A stretch of DNA of 64,000 nt from Minisyncoccia bacterium. Its GTDB lineage: Bacteria; Patescibacteriota; Minisyncoccia; Phycocordibacterales; Phycocordibacteraceae. Of this stretch, positions 28,749-39,516 are shown in pieces (the first letter of the stretch is position 1; the number at the start of each line of letters is the position of its first letter). The notes below the pieces were generated by a model that was not told the DNA's origin, made no database searches, and saw nothing but the letters and a program-made list of their open reading frames with translations. The stretch lies in NCBI GenBank assembly GCA_038228545.1, contig JBBRPE010000004.1:161-64160 (forward strand). Reading direction: 5' to 3'. A program made the translations under genes and the position numbers.

Positions 28749-30428
28749 ATGAGACAGACGGAAGCCCTCGATATTCTTAAAACTGGCGCGAACGTATTTC
28801 TAACGGGTGAGCCCGGTAGCGGAAAGACGCATACGTTGAACGCTTATGTTTCGTGGCTACGTAGTCACGGTATTGAACCATCAATCACTGCATCAACGGG
28901 TATCGCATCTACGCATGTCGGCGGCATGACCATTCATTCGTGGAGTGGCATCGGCATACTCGAGCGGCTTGCCGCTGAAGACCTCGACCGTATTGCAAGC
29001 AAAGAACATGTTGCCAAACGTATACAGAAAGCGAAGGTACTCATTATTGACGAAGTCTCCATGCTTTCGGCAGGAGCCCTTACGATGATTGACGCCGTTC
29101 TTCGCGAAGTACGTCGAGACACCCGCGCATTTGGTGGAGTACAAATAGTTTTTTGTGGAGATTTCTTCCAACTCCCGCCAATAACACGTGGCGGTACACC
29201 CGCTGAATTCGCGTTTTCATCCGCTGCGTGGCGCGCTGCGACCCCGCTCGTGTGTTATCTAACCGAGCAGCATCGTCAGGAAGATGACAAGTACCTCTCG
29301 CTTCTCGGAGCTATACGCGACGGTTCGTTCGATCACACGCACGCGTCGACCATTCTCTCGCGCGAGAGTGACGGCATGGAGCTCGATAACGACACACCAC
29401 GACTTTTCACACATAACGCAGATGTGGATCGTATAAATGCGGACTACCTCGCCAAGCTTCCTGGTACGGCACACACCTTTAAGATGCAGGACACCGGCGC
29501 GCCCGTACTTATTGAAGCGTTAAAGCGTGGCTGTCTGTCGCCTGCAGTACTAACGCTCAAAGAAGGTGCGGTAGTTATGTGTACGAAAAATAATCCTGCG
29601 GGCCAGTATGTGAATGGCACACTCGGCAAAGTCATCGGCTTTGTGCGGGGCTCGGGTGAGCCGATTATCGAAACGCACGACGGACGTGAACTCACCATTA
29701 TGAGTGCTGACTGGGCAGTGGAAGAAAATGGAAAGATTCGCGCGAAGGTGTCACAGCTCCCGCTACGTCTTGCGTGGGCTATCACGGTGCATAAGAGCCA
29801 GGGTATGAGCATGGACGCCGCGGCAATCGATCTTTCACGCACGTTTGAATACGGTCAAGGGTATGTAGCGCTCTCACGCGTCCGTTCGCTCGAAGGACTT
29901 ACGCTCCTTGGCTGGAGCGAACAGGCCGCTATGGTGCATCCGGAGGTGTCTCGCATGGACGAGCGACTCCGCGAAGAATCTGCCGCGGCAGAAGAAGCAT
30001 TCGATACGCTTCGCAACGACGGTGATCTTGATTTGATGCATTTGAATTTCATACGTGCGAGTGGAGGTGCACTCGTTGCTGCAGAAGCGGGGGAGCGTCC
30101 TCAGAAGCGCACTACCTACGACGAAACGCTCGCACTCATTGATGAAGGTATGCCTCTTATTGATATAGCGAAGGAGCGCAAGCTCACTATCGGTACGATT
30201 GCGGATCACGCCGAGAAACTCATTAAGACGGGTCGCCTTGAGCCAGGCGTCTTGCTCTCGCTTATACCAGCGCGCCTGATTGCGGCACTTCCCGATATTC
30301 ACGAAGTGTTCGAGACCGTTGGTACGGAGAAGTTAGCTCCTGCCTACGGCAAATTCCATGCAAAATATACCTATGACGAACTTAAACTCGCAAAAATACT
30401 CTTCATAAAGGAGGCTGGGGTAAAATAA
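28749..30428 (+). CDS. PIF1-family helicase with C-terminal HTH domain
   Basis: GEPGSGKT, IIDEVSM, GDFFQLPP, AITVHKSQG, QGYVALSR; C-terminal 'IAKERKL..GTI..H'. Confidence 0.92.
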   Translation: MRQTEALDILKTGANVFLTGEPGSGKTHTLNAYVSWLRSHGIEPSITASTGIASTHVGGMTIHSWSGIGILERLAAEDLDRIASKEHVAKRIQKAKVLIIDEVSMLSAGALTMIDAVLREVRRDTRAFGGVQIVFCGDFFQLPPITRGGTPAEFAFSSAAWRAATPLVCYLTEQHRQEDDKYLSLLGAIRDGSFDHTHASTILSRESDGMELDNDTPRLFTHNADVDRINADYLAKLPGTAHTFKMQDTGAPVLIEALKRGCLSPAVLTLKEGAVVMCTKNNPAGQYVNGTLGKVIGFVRGSGEPIIETHDGRELTIMSADWAVEENGKIRAKVSQLPLRLAWAITVHKSQGMSMDAAAIDLSRTFEYGQGYVALSRVRSLEGLTLLGWSEQAAMVHPEVSRMDERLREESAAAEEAFDTLRNDGDLDLMHLNFIRASGGALVAAEAGERPQKRTTYDETLALIDEGMPLIDIAKERKLTIGTIADHAEKLIKTGRLEPGVLLSLIPARLIAALPDIHEVFETVGTEKLAPAYGKFHAKYTYDELKLAKILFIKEAGVK

Positions 30429-30432
30429 GTGC

Positions 30433-31437
30433 ATGAGCGACCGTAGTGAATCAGGTTCAGGTTTTGGACGTGCCGTAGTCATAGTACTCACGTCGCTTAG
30501 CCTTTTTGTAATCGTTGCTGCGCTTCTCTATGCGCAGGCATTCGGTCCAATGGGACAGGACCCTTCGAAGCAGCAGTTTCTGGTGACGCCGGGCGAGACA
30601 CTGAATCAAGTTGCCGAGGACCTCACGAAGCAAGGGTACATCCGTGGCTCATGGATATTGCAAGTTGCGTATCTACGTGCGAACGAAGGTAAGGGAATAC
30701 GTCCGGGTGGGTACGAAATAAGTAAATCCATGGACGCGTGGAGTATTGCCACGGCGCTCGTTGAACCGCCATACTTTGCCTGGATAACGATTCCCGTCGG
30801 TCTTCGCAAGGAACAAATCGGCGATATGCTTGCTGACGCACTCGGGTGGACGGACCAACAGAAAAAAGAATGGAACACGGTCGATACGAACACCGGCCCC
30901 AACTACATAGAGGGTGTGTATTATCCCGATACCTATCTCGTGCCGACTGACCAGCCACCGGCTATTATCGCTCAGCGTCTGCGTGACCGCTTCAAGGAAG
31001 CGTTCGCACCGTATGCTGACGAAGCGCTCAGGAAGAATGTACCGTGGCCGAAAGTGCTTACCATTGCTTCGATAATCGAACGCGAAGCAGGGAGCGTTTC
31101 TGATATGGGAATCATCTCGGGAATTATTCAGAAACGTCTTGCTGTCGGTATGCCGCTTGCTATGGACGCAACGCTTCAATATATGACCGGTCGCGAAGGT
31201 GCATGGTGGCCGCGTCCGAAGGCAGTAAGCAACTATCCCGACGATCCCTTTAATACATACACCCGCAAAGGACTCCCGCCGCACGCAATAGACAATCCGG
31301 GACCGGCGGCAATAGAGGCGGCACTTAATCCAGTTGCAACGAACTGCCTCTTTTACGTGCATGACGCGCACGGCACCATGCACTGCTCGCCGACGTATGC
31401 GGGGCAATTGGCTAATATAAATAAGTATCTGCGTTGA
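30433..31437 (+). CDS. mltG: Endolytic transglycosylase MltG
   Basis: EGVYYPDTY; ASIIEREA; L.MDAT..Y; NTY...GLPP..I.NPG. Confidence 0.92.
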   Translation: MSDRSESGSGFGRAVVIVLTSLSLFVIVAALLYAQAFGPMGQDPSKQQFLVTPGETLNQVAEDLTKQGYIRGSWILQVAYLRANEGKGIRPGGYEISKSMDAWSIATALVEPPYFAWITIPVGLRKEQIGDMLADALGWTDQQKKEWNTVDTNTGPNYIEGVYYPDTYLVPTDQPPAIIAQRLRDRFKEAFAPYADEALRKNVPWPKVLTIASIIEREAGSVSDMGIISGIIQKRLAVGMPLAMDATLQYMTGREGAWWPRPKAVSNYPDDPFNTYTRKGLPPHAIDNPGPAAIEAALNPVATNCLFYVHDAHGTMHCSPTYAGQLANINKYLR

Positions 31438-31495
31438 CGTACCTGCTAAATAAGGGTACTTTAGGACCAACGGCCAGTCGGCCACTTTTTATTTC

Positions 31496-33280
31496 ATGGA
31501 AATTCGAAACATAGCGATTATCGCGCACGTGGACCACGGCAAGACTACGCTTACTGACGCACTTATGCGCCAGACGGGTGCCGTGGCTGATGGTGTTTCC
31601 ATGGATAGCAATTCTCTCGAGCAGGAGCGCGGTATCACTATTTACTCAAAGAACACCTCTATTGAGTACAAGGGCACGAAGATTAACATCGTCGACACCC
31701 CGGGGCACGCGGACTTCGGCTCGGAAGTGGAGCGTGTGCTTCGTTCTATCGACTCCGTGCTTCTCGTCGTCGATGCTCAGGAAGGCCCAATGCCACAGAC
31801 ACGCTTTGTGCTTAAGAAGTCACTTGAGCTCGGCATCAAGCCAATCGTCGTTTTGAATAAAATTGATAAGCCTGCCGCTAATCCTGCACAGGCAGAGGAG
31901 CAGGTACTTGAGCTCTTCCTTGAACTCGGTGCAAACGACGCACAGTCTGATTTCCGTACGGTATACGCCATCGGCCGCGAAGGTGTTGCGATGAAGAATC
32001 TCGAAGACCCGCGTGTAGACCTTACTCCGCTTCTCGATACTATCCTCGAGCTCGTACCGGCAGCAACTACTCCAGAGTCGCTCACAAAGCCCGCAAAAGC
32101 CCAGGCATTCAATCTTGCCTACGATAACTTCCTTGGCCGTCTTGCTATCTGTCGCGTGTACGAAGGTGTTATCAAGGCAGGAGAGACGCTGACGATAAAG
32201 AAGCCAGACGGTACAGCACGTACCGGAAAGATAACGAAGATTTTTACCTTCAAGGGTATCGAGCGCGTTGATGTTCCGCAGGCTGAAGCAGGAGACATTT
32301 GTATCATTGCTGGACTTCCTGATATTTACATCGGAGAAACCATTACTGCAGACGCAAACACTGAACCGCTCACCGCTATTTCAATTGATGAGCCGACTAT
32401 CACCGTGAACTTCCTTGTGAACAATTCTCCTTTTGCTGGTAAAGAAGGTAAGTACGTGACTAGTCGCCAGCTCCGCGAGTATCTCGAGAAGGAACTCGAA
32501 GTAAACGTCGGCCTTAAGGTGGACTTTGTCTCTCCAGACGCTTTTAAAGTGTCAGGACGTGGTGAGCTCCATATCGCTATTCTCCTTGAGAACATGCGTC
32601 GCGCCGGTTACGAAATGCAGGTATCTCAGCCGCAGGTCATCATTCGCGAGGAAAACGGCGTGAAGATGGAACCATTCGAAGAAGTCATTATTGATACGCC
32701 AAGCGAATTCCAGGGCTCTATTATTGAGCGCCTCGGTACGCGCGCATTCGTCATGCAGAATTTGGTACAGCATGAGAATCAGGTACGTCTCACGTTCGAG
32801 GGTCCTACTCGCGGTCTCCTTGGCTATCGCAACCAGTTTGTCGTAGATACGAAGGGCGAAGGTATCCTTTCTTCACGCGTCGTTGGCTTCAAGCCGTTCG
32901 CAGGTGAAATCAAGAAGCGCCAAGTTGGCTCGATGATTTCCATGGCGTCCGGCAAGGCACTTGGCTACGCTCTCTGGAGCATGCAGGAACGTGGTGTCCT
33001 CTACATCATTCCGGCTGTGGAAGTCTATGAGGGCATGGTGGTGGGGAATACCTCCAAGGGCGAGGAAATGATGGTGAACCCGACAAAGGGTAAGAACCAG
33101 AGCAATGTCCGTTCGTCCGGTATGGATGAAGCTATCAACCTCGTTCCTGCGTTTACCCTCACTATCGAGCGTGGTCTTGAAGTTATGGCAGAGGACGAGT
33201 ATCTCGAAATTACTCCATCATCTGTGCGTTTGCGTAAGCAGTTTCTCTCGGAAACAGACCGTTCCAAGGCACGTCGTTAG
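31496..33280 (+). CDS. typA: Translational GTPase TypA/BipA
   Basis: [10 protein letters not shown]; DTPGHADF; NNSPFAG.EG; GRGELH. Confidence 0.95.
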   Translation: MEIRNIAIIAHVDHGKTTLTDALMRQTGAVADGVSMDSNSLEQERGITIYSKNTSIEYKGTKINIVDTPGHADFGSEVERVLRSIDSVLLVVDAQEGPMPQTRFVLKKSLELGIKPIVVLNKIDKPAANPAQAEEQVLELFLELGANDAQSDFRTVYAIGREGVAMKNLEDPRVDLTPLLDTILELVPAATTPESLTKPAKAQAFNLAYDNFLGRLAICRVYEGVIKAGETLTIKKPDGTARTGKITKIFTFKGIERVDVPQAEAGDICIIAGLPDIYIGETITADANTEPLTAISIDEPTITVNFLVNNSPFAGKEGKYVTSRQLREYLEKELEVNVGLKVDFVSPDAFKVSGRGELHIAILLENMRRAGYEMQVSQPQVIIREENGVKMEPFEEVIIDTPSEFQGSIIERLGTRAFVMQNLVQHENQVRLTFEGPTRGLLGYRNQFVVDTKGEGILSSRVVGFKPFAGEIKKRQVGSMISMASGKALGYALWSMQERGVLYIIPAVEVYEGMVVGNTSKGEEMMVNPTKGKNQSNVRSSGMDEAINLVPAFTLTIERGLEVMAEDEYLEITPSSVRLRKQFLSETDRSKARR

Positions 33281-33338
33281 TTGACGTTTTTAGATTTGAG
33301 TGGTACTTTCCATTTGAACGTACAAACAGGAGAGAAAC

Positions 33339-33710
33339 GTGGCGTATCCAGACGTACTACGAAGCGTTGCCCAGCAATTGGGCATCAAGAACGACCCTGA
33401 GACCGGCTTCGACGAAAGCCAGCTCACAGTGAGTGAGCTCGTCTTTTACGACGCAGAAGGCACGGAAGTGCGTCGCGTGACGGCGACGCCGAAGAACAAA
33501 GGCGGTCGACTGTTTTTTCAGAAGATCGGCGAGGACCGTGATGTTCCGGACGGCAAGGACTTCTTGGTCGACTGTGATGACGAGCTTCGGGCAGATGCCG
33601 CCATGATCTTCGAGGACTACTGGAAGCCGGAAATCGATCCCGGTCCCCGGGCAATTCTCGACGCCATCCGCGATGTCACCGGCACGGTGCAGGTCATCAC
33701 CAAAAAATAG
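33339..33710 (+). CDS. Hypothetical acidic protein
   Basis: GTG start with AGGAG SD; TTGACG-N17-TACTTT promoter; own terminator. Confidence 0.7.
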   Translation: MAYPDVLRSVAQQLGIKNDPETGFDESQLTVSELVFYDAEGTEVRRVTATPKNKGGRLFFQKIGEDRDVPDGKDFLVDCDDELRADAAMIFEDYWKPEIDPGPRAILDAIRDVTGTVQVITKK

Positions 33711-33732
33711 GCTCTCGGGCCTATTTGGAGAG

Positions 33733-33756
33733 AGGCGCGGCGGAAACGCCGCGCCT
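33733..33756 (+). terminator. Hairpin terminator
   Basis: AGGCGCGGCG-GAAA-CGCCGCGCCT. Confidence 0.7.
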
Positions 33757-33822
33757 TCATCATTTCTTTACACGGAAAAGTGTAGAACTAGTGAGTTCAC
33801 TTACTCAGTAACTCGCATCGTC

Positions 33823-33975
33823 ATGCTTATCACTATTGCCGTTATCCTACTCATTCTTTGGGGTCTCGGACTGGTCACTGCCTACACTATCGGAGGATTC
33901 ATACATTTGCTGCTTATCGTGGCTATAATCCTCGTTCTCATTCGCCTTATTCAGGGTAGGAATCCAATTGCGTAA
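33823..33975 (+). CDS. lmo0937-family (DUF5670) small membrane protein
   Basis: IAVILLILWGLG...YTIGGFIHLLLIVAII..L.RLIQGR. Confidence 0.85.
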   Translation: MLITIAVILLILWGLGLVTAYTIGGFIHLLLIVAIILVLIRLIQGRNPIA

Positions 33976-34140
33976 TCCACAGGTGCCGGGATGTGTTCTG
34001 TAATACTCTTATCTTCCGGAGTGAAATAAATCCGCAACGGTAGGCGTAGTAGTAAAAGGGAACGGAGATATTCGTTGCCGGCAGTGTGCAGCATAGGTCT
34101 CAGCGAGCGGGACCCATGCTGCACACTGCTTTGTGCGTAC

Positions 34141-34329
34141 TTGCGCCAGAGGTGCACGTGTGCTATAGTCAGTACACAACTGAGCTCTAGTTTTCCGTCT
34201 TGAGGTTTCGCTTAGAAACGGCTCGAGACCAAGCAGACACTTCTGCTTCGCAAAATCTCGAGAACCGTTGCATTAATTCGATCTGACTCACGCATATGCG
34301 TGATGTCGGACAAGACAACAACTATATAC
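34141..34329 (+). promoter_or_regulatory. Promoter and structured 5' leader of the DEAD-box helicase
   Basis: TTGCGC, N17, (TG)TATAGT; about 150-nt leader with three hairpins. Confidence 0.55.
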
Positions 34330-35769
34330 ATGGCACCATTCAACAATAAGGGAGGTGGCCGTCCATCTGGCGGTCGTTCCCGAGGCCCAAGCGGTTCACG
34401 CGGGGGTTCCTCAAACGCATTCGAAGCCGGCGTTAAATTCGCTGAGTCACTCGGAAGCGCACCATCACTTAATTACGTACCTCGTCGCGAAGCGCCACGT
34501 GGTCGTCCACACCGCTCAAGCGGTGGACGCATCAGTCCTCCTCGTGGAGGCTTTTCAGGCGGCTCACCTCGTGGAGGTAGCGGAAGCTACGGCGGTTCAC
34601 GCAGTGGCGGCTCTTCTCGCTCTTCCGGAGGAGGTGGCAAGCGCAACATGCAGGAAATGGCCGTCAACCTTTCCCAGCTCGTGAACAAGGCAGTTGCTGT
34701 ACAGGACGAAGAGGTATACGTACCTCAGAACTCCTTTGCCAGCCTTGCTATTGATGAACGCCTCAAGGCGAACATCCTTGGAAAGGGATACATCAATCCG
34801 ACTCCTATTCAGGACCAGTCGATTCTTCATGTGCTTAACGGCGAAGACATCGTTGGACTTGCAAACACCGGTACCGGAAAGACTGCAGCCTTCCTCATTC
34901 CACTTATCGATAAAGTACTCAAGTTCCGTGCACTCGGAAAGAACGAGCGTGTACTCATCATGGTACCGACCCGTGAGCTTGCACTTCAAATCGAAGCTGA
35001 ATTCTTCGGCTTTGCAAAGGGACTGAATCTTAATTCAGTCACTATTGTCGGCGGTGCAAACATCGTTCCGCAGATTCGCGTGCTTCGTCGCAACCCTGCT
35101 TTCGTCATCGGTACACCGGGACGTTTGAAGGACCTCATGGACCGCAAGGAGCTCGTGCTTACGGACTTTGCTACCGTCGTACTCGACGAGGCAGACCGCA
35201 TGCTCGACATGGGATTCATCAATGATATGAAGCTCATCATGTCCTTCATGCGTAAGGAGCGCCACACGCTCTTCTTCTCCGCTACGATGGACCGCGAAAT
35301 CGAGAAGCTTATCGGGGACTTCCTCAACAAGCCAGCTCGCGTTTCGGTCAAGACTCGTGATACTGCGGCGACTATCGACCAAGACGTTGTTCGTGTTACG
35401 CGCGACAACAAGTTCGATACACTCGTTGATCTGCTTAGTCAGCCGGGCATGGACAAGGTACTCGTCTTCGGACGCACCAAGCACGGCGTTGAGCGCATCA
35501 CGACCGACCTTAATCGTCGTGGCATCAAGGCTGACTCCATTCATGGAGACAAGACCCATGGCAAGCGCCAGAAGGCACTTCTGCTCTTCAAGCAGGCTCA
35601 TGTTCAGGTGCTTGTAGCGACTGACGTTGCTGCTCGCGGCCTCGATATCACAGGCGTCTCGCACGTCATCAACTATGACCTCCCGGCGACGTACGAGGAT
35701 TACACGCACCGTATTGGTCGTACTGGACGTGCAGGTGCTACTGGTAAGGCTCTTACGTTTATCTCGTAA
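34330..35769 (+). CDS. DEAD-box RNA helicase with RG-rich N-terminal tail
   Basis: Q motif, ANTGTGKT, PTRELA, DEAD, SAT, HRIGRTGR. Confidence 0.95.
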   Translation: MAPFNNKGGGRPSGGRSRGPSGSRGGSSNAFEAGVKFAESLGSAPSLNYVPRREAPRGRPHRSSGGRISPPRGGFSGGSPRGGSGSYGGSRSGGSSRSSGGGGKRNMQEMAVNLSQLVNKAVAVQDEEVYVPQNSFASLAIDERLKANILGKGYINPTPIQDQSILHVLNGEDIVGLANTGTGKTAAFLIPLIDKVLKFRALGKNERVLIMVPTRELALQIEAEFFGFAKGLNLNSVTIVGGANIVPQIRVLRRNPAFVIGTPGRLKDLMDRKELVLTDFATVVLDEADRMLDMGFINDMKLIMSFMRKERHTLFFSATMDREIEKLIGDFLNKPARVSVKTRDTAATIDQDVVRVTRDNKFDTLVDLLSQPGMDKVLVFGRTKHGVERITTDLNRRGIKADSIHGDKTHGKRQKALLLFKQAHVQVLVATDVAARGLDITGVSHVINYDLPATYEDYTHRIGRTGRAGATGKALTFIS

Positions 35770-35780
35770 GCCATCTGCCG

Positions 35781-35820
35781 AGCAAAAACCCTTCATGCAT
35801 AGCATGAAGGGTTTTTTGCT
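35781..35820 (+). terminator. Intrinsic terminator
   Basis: AAAAACCCTTCATGC / GCATGAAGGGTTTTTT. Confidence 0.8.
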
Positions 35821-35855
35821 ATACTTATAGGGAAGTTATTCGCTAGCTGCTCCTC

Positions 35856-36611
35856 ATGGAATTCATCGGAATCATCATACTTATTGTCGTCGTGCTTCTT
35901 TCACTATCACTTCGTGTAGTGAAAGAATATGACCGTGGCGTCATCTTCTTCCTCGGAAAGTGCACGGGCGTGCGCGGTCCGGGTCTCATCATCCTTGTTC
36001 CGATATTTGAGATGATGACCAAGGTTACACTCCGCACCATTACGATGAATATACCTTCGCAGAAAATTATAACGAAGGACAACGTCTCTATCGATATCGC
36101 TGCCGTTGCGTACTATCACATTGTTGACCCGCAGAAGTCGGTGGTTGCCATCGAGAATGTGCATGACGCAGTCAATCAGATAAGCCAGACAACCGTGCGT
36201 AACGTCGTGGGTCAGTTCATGCTCGACCAGCTGCTGTCACAGACGTCCGACATCAATGCACAGATACAGGGCGTTATCGATACGCACACCGAGCCGTGGG
36301 GCGCGCAGGTTACTGCTGTTGAAATCAAGGACATCACCCTCCCGGACAACATGCAGCGCGCCATGGCGAAAGAGGCAGAAGCGGAGCGCGAGCGTCGCGC
36401 AAAAATCGTCGCGGCAGAGGGTGAATTCCAGGCAGCCGTAAAGCTTGGAGAAGCAGCAGATATCATCTCGCAACACCCGGTCGCTCTCCAGCTCCGTACG
36501 TTGCAGACTATGGCGGAAATAAGCGTTGAAAAGAATTCAACCATTATTTTCCCGGCTCAATTCATGACCACCGTCCAGGAGGCCATGAAAATGATTAAGG
36601 GAGACGCGTAG
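35856..36611 (+). CDS. SPFH/stomatin (slipin) family protein
   Basis: ITKDNV; [15 protein letters not shown]; ALQLRTLQT. Confidence 0.92.
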   Translation: MEFIGIIILIVVVLLSLSLRVVKEYDRGVIFFLGKCTGVRGPGLIILVPIFEMMTKVTLRTITMNIPSQKIITKDNVSIDIAAVAYYHIVDPQKSVVAIENVHDAVNQISQTTVRNVVGQFMLDQLLSQTSDINAQIQGVIDTHTEPWGAQVTAVEIKDITLPDNMQRAMAKEAEAERERRAKIVAAEGEFQAAVKLGEAADIISQHPVALQLRTLQTMAEISVEKNSTIIFPAQFMTTVQEAMKMIKGDA

Positions 36612-36700
36612 ATAACCTGGGTGTTTAGACTATCTGGCCCCACCGCCCCCTTGGGGGTATGCTTACTGGATTGAAAAATAAGGGCACCTAATCATTGACT

Positions 36701-37408
36701 ATGGAAACTGACAAGAGCACGTTCATGGAGAAGTACCTCACACCGATTGCGGTTGTGCTTGGTGCAGCTATCATCGCTGGCGCATTTGTCTTCGGACACG
36801 GCGCAGCTACAACTGCTAAGCCGACGGCGCAGCAGCAGGCGGTAAAAGTCGACATCAAAGATGTGAAGACCGACGGCGATCCATTTATTGGAAACGCAAA
36901 CGCACCAGTGACAATGGCATTCTGGTTCGACTACCAGTGCCCATTCTGTAAGCAGTTTGAAGAAACGGTAACTCCTGAGCTCTTCACTAAGTACGTGCAG
37001 ACCGGCAAGCTTAAGATTATTCTTAAGGACTTCCAGTTCCTCGGTAAGGATTCCACAACGGACGCTGAGTTCGCACGCGCAATGTGGGAGGCATATCCTG
37101 ACAAGTACTATGATTGGTACAAAGCCATGTTTGTCGCTCAGGACCAGGAAGGGGATCAGGGCTTCGGAAATCTCGCTTCGGTACAGGCACTCACTGCAAA
37201 GATTCCAGGTGTAGATGTTGCGAAGGTTACGGCTCTTATGACTAAGAACAAGGCACAGTACGATGCCGCTATCGGCGCTGACCGTGACGAGGCCCAAAAG
37301 TTTGGTATCAACGGCACACCAAGTCTCATCGTTGGGACGAGCATGTTGTCGGGTGCTCAGCCGGTTGCTTCTGTTGAAGCTCTCATTGACTCTCAACTCA
37401 AGAAATAG
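36701..37408 (+). CDS. DsbA-family thiol-disulfide oxidoreductase (BdbD-like)
   Basis: DYQCPFC active site; GINGTP; GAQP; N-terminal TM. Confidence 0.9.
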   Translation: METDKSTFMEKYLTPIAVVLGAAIIAGAFVFGHGAATTAKPTAQQQAVKVDIKDVKTDGDPFIGNANAPVTMAFWFDYQCPFCKQFEETVTPELFTKYVQTGKLKIILKDFQFLGKDSTTDAEFARAMWEAYPDKYYDWYKAMFVAQDQEGDQGFGNLASVQALTAKIPGVDVAKVTALMTKNKAQYDAAIGADRDEAQKFGINGTPSLIVGTSMLSGAQPVASVEALIDSQLKK

Positions 37409-37419
37409 AGGCTCGCTTG

Positions 37420-37556
37420 AGGAATTGTTCGAAAGGTACACTGTATTTTTCTGCTGAAAAATCAGTTCACTCTCGCGCCGTCGCGCTCCGAGAGCCCTTT
37501 CTCACAACACCTCTGCGTTCGCTTTCGAAAAACGACCCTTATGGGTCGTTTTTCGA
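37420..37556. repeat. Structured intergenic element plus 14-bp hairpin terminator
   Basis: GAGG..TTGT..GAAAGG / CCTTTC..ACAA..CCTC outer stem with inner TTTTTCTGCTGAAAAA hairpin; TCGAAAAACGACCC / GGGTCGTTTTTCGA at 37525-37556. Confidence 0.55.
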
Positions 37557-37693
37557 TTATGAACCTTCGGCTCTGCGCAAAACTACTCTGTCTTCGGAAT
37601 AGCGAATCTACTGCCTCTACTCGTTCCGCTGTCTGAAGGAAATTCGAATTGCGTGCTTATGTACTCGTTTCATACGGGCGCTATACTAACGTC

Positions 37694-38488
37694 ATGATTA
37701 CACTCGCTGTTGCTGCTATCGGGCTGTTCGTCTATATGTCGTTCGCGTTTGCTCTTGCTGTGTATATGAAAGACAATGGGGTCGCTGACATCGCCTACGG
37801 ATGTGCGTTCATCCTGCTTTCCTGGGTGACGTACACGGGAGAATCACATCCGCTTGCTGGGCTTATTGCAACAATACTCGCGACGGTGTGGGGACTTCGC
37901 CTTGCAACACGCATCTACTTTAAGAATCGGTACAAGCCGGAAGACTTTCGGTACAAGAAGTGGCGTGAAGAATGGGGAAAATCGTTTCTGGTACGCAGCT
38001 ACTTCCAAGTGTTTATGCTCCAGGGCATCATTATTTTCATCATTGCGCTGCCAGTGATGCTTCTAAACGTGTACACACTGCCAGTGGCGCTTACGTGGGT
38101 GTCGCTTCTCGGCGTTCTTGTGTGGCTCAAAGGTTTTTTCTTCGAAGCGGTTGGCGACTATCAGCTCGATCGTTTTCTTAAGGACTCAGCCAACAAAGGA
38201 CATATTATGCAAAAAGGTCTATGGCACTTCACGCGCCACCCGAATTATTTTGGAGAGTCACTCATGTGGTGGGGAATCGGCCTTCTTGCGTACGGCGAGC
38301 TCGCGCTTGTATGGGGGTACACGGTGGCGCTTGTCGCATTCGTGAGTCCCGTACTCATTACGTTCCTCCTGCTCAGGGTTTCCGGTGTGCCGCTTCTAGA
38401 AGAGCATTTCAGTGGCCCCGAATGGGAAGCATATAAAGCACGTACCAGCGTATTCATACCGTGGTTCCCAAAGCGGAAGCAAGCCTGA
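37694..38488 (+). CDS. DUF1295 (steroid 5-alpha reductase-like) membrane protein
   Basis: WGLRLA; EDFRY; D.QL..F; GLW..TRHPNYFGE. Confidence 0.9.
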   Translation: MITLAVAAIGLFVYMSFAFALAVYMKDNGVADIAYGCAFILLSWVTYTGESHPLAGLIATILATVWGLRLATRIYFKNRYKPEDFRYKKWREEWGKSFLVRSYFQVFMLQGIIIFIIALPVMLLNVYTLPVALTWVSLLGVLVWLKGFFFEAVGDYQLDRFLKDSANKGHIMQKGLWHFTRHPNYFGESLMWWGIGLLAYGELALVWGYTVALVAFVSPVLITFLLLRVSGVPLLEEHFSGPEWEAYKARTSVFIPWFPKRKQA

Positions 38489-38502
38489 TACACTTTAGAC
38501 AT

Positions 38503-39000
38503 ATGGAAAACGGATACAGCTCGTGGAAGTCATCGCTCAGCTGGAGCGATGGGATTCCACATTATTACGGCGATTACGTGCGTACATTCTTTATCGCGAT
38601 GGCCATTCTTTCGTTCGTGGCGATACCGCTCGTGGGGGACCTGCTACCGCTTGGAATTATTCCAGAAGTGAGCGCGGCACTTCTCTTAGTACTGCTCGCA
38701 GCACTCACCAGTGCGCGTAATTTGCCTGTTATGCTTATTAACGCGACTGTTTCCGGAGTTTCCGTAGTGCTACTTGAGTCATTTGCCATACTGCTCCAGC
38801 ACTCGCAGTCAACACAGCTATTTCTTGCACGTGAGGCCGGCGTACTTCTTATGCTCGGCGCGCTCTATTTCAGCGTAAAGACCGTTCGAGCCATGATGGC
38901 AGGAAAAATAGGGCATGCTGATAGCTCACTTGAATTCGACGAAGTCGAAAACGTGATGGTCTCCGACGAACACACTGACATTATCGACATGGTCGAATAA
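38503..39000 (+). CDS. Hypothetical 4-TM membrane protein
   Basis: HYYGD.VR..F motif, hydrophobic segments, acidic tail. Confidence 0.75.
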   Translation: MENGYSSWKSSLSWSDGIPHYYGDYVRTFFIAMAILSFVAIPLVGDLLPLGIIPEVSAALLLVLLAALTSARNLPVMLINATVSGVSVVLLESFAILLQHSQSTQLFLAREAGVLLMLGALYFSVKTVRAMMAGKIGHADSSLEFDEVENVMVSDEHTDIIDMVE

Positions 39001-39509
39001 TGACTCGCGTCGTTCACAGCCACGACCTGCTTCAAGAGGAATATTCCTATACGTGCACGGAGCCGGTGGGTAAGAATTTTGCGCAGGACTTTAAACCGGA
39101 GCTATCACCGAAAGAAATGCTCGAGCTAGGCGTCTTTGGTGGTGAGTATTTTGAAGGAGAAATAGATGAGTATCCCAAAGAGTGGTTTGTTCGTGCAAAG
39201 ATTTCAACACGTGGGAAACGTGACGCGACACTGAACTATTTTGGCGTGAATGCATCGCAATCGCGCGAGGAGTGGGAGCGTAAAGGGTGGATGCATCCAG
39301 ACGACCCGCGTGGGTGGTTCCAGTGGTACTGCCGGTATTACCTGGGCAGACGCAATCTCGTTGAAGACGCGCGCCAAATAGACCGATGGAAAAAAATTGT
39401 TCGACACTTGGCGCAAATCAAATACAACTGCAGGCCGGACGGTATGACCTGTAGGCCACGCCAGAAACAAGCAGTGCTTCATTGGGCGTACAACTCAACA
39501 AAGTTATAA
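39000..39509 (+). CDS. Conserved hypothetical protein
   Basis: F.PELSPKEMLELGVFGG.Y; DPRGWFQWYCRYYLGRR; RQ.QA.LHWAY. Confidence 0.8.
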   Translation: MTRVVHSHDLLQEEYSYTCTEPVGKNFAQDFKPELSPKEMLELGVFGGEYFEGEIDEYPKEWFVRAKISTRGKRDATLNYFGVNASQSREEWERKGWMHPDDPRGWFQWYCRYYLGRRNLVEDARQIDRWKKIVRHLAQIKYNCRPDGMTCRPRQKQAVLHWAYNSTKL

Positions 39510-39516
39510 TCTACCC

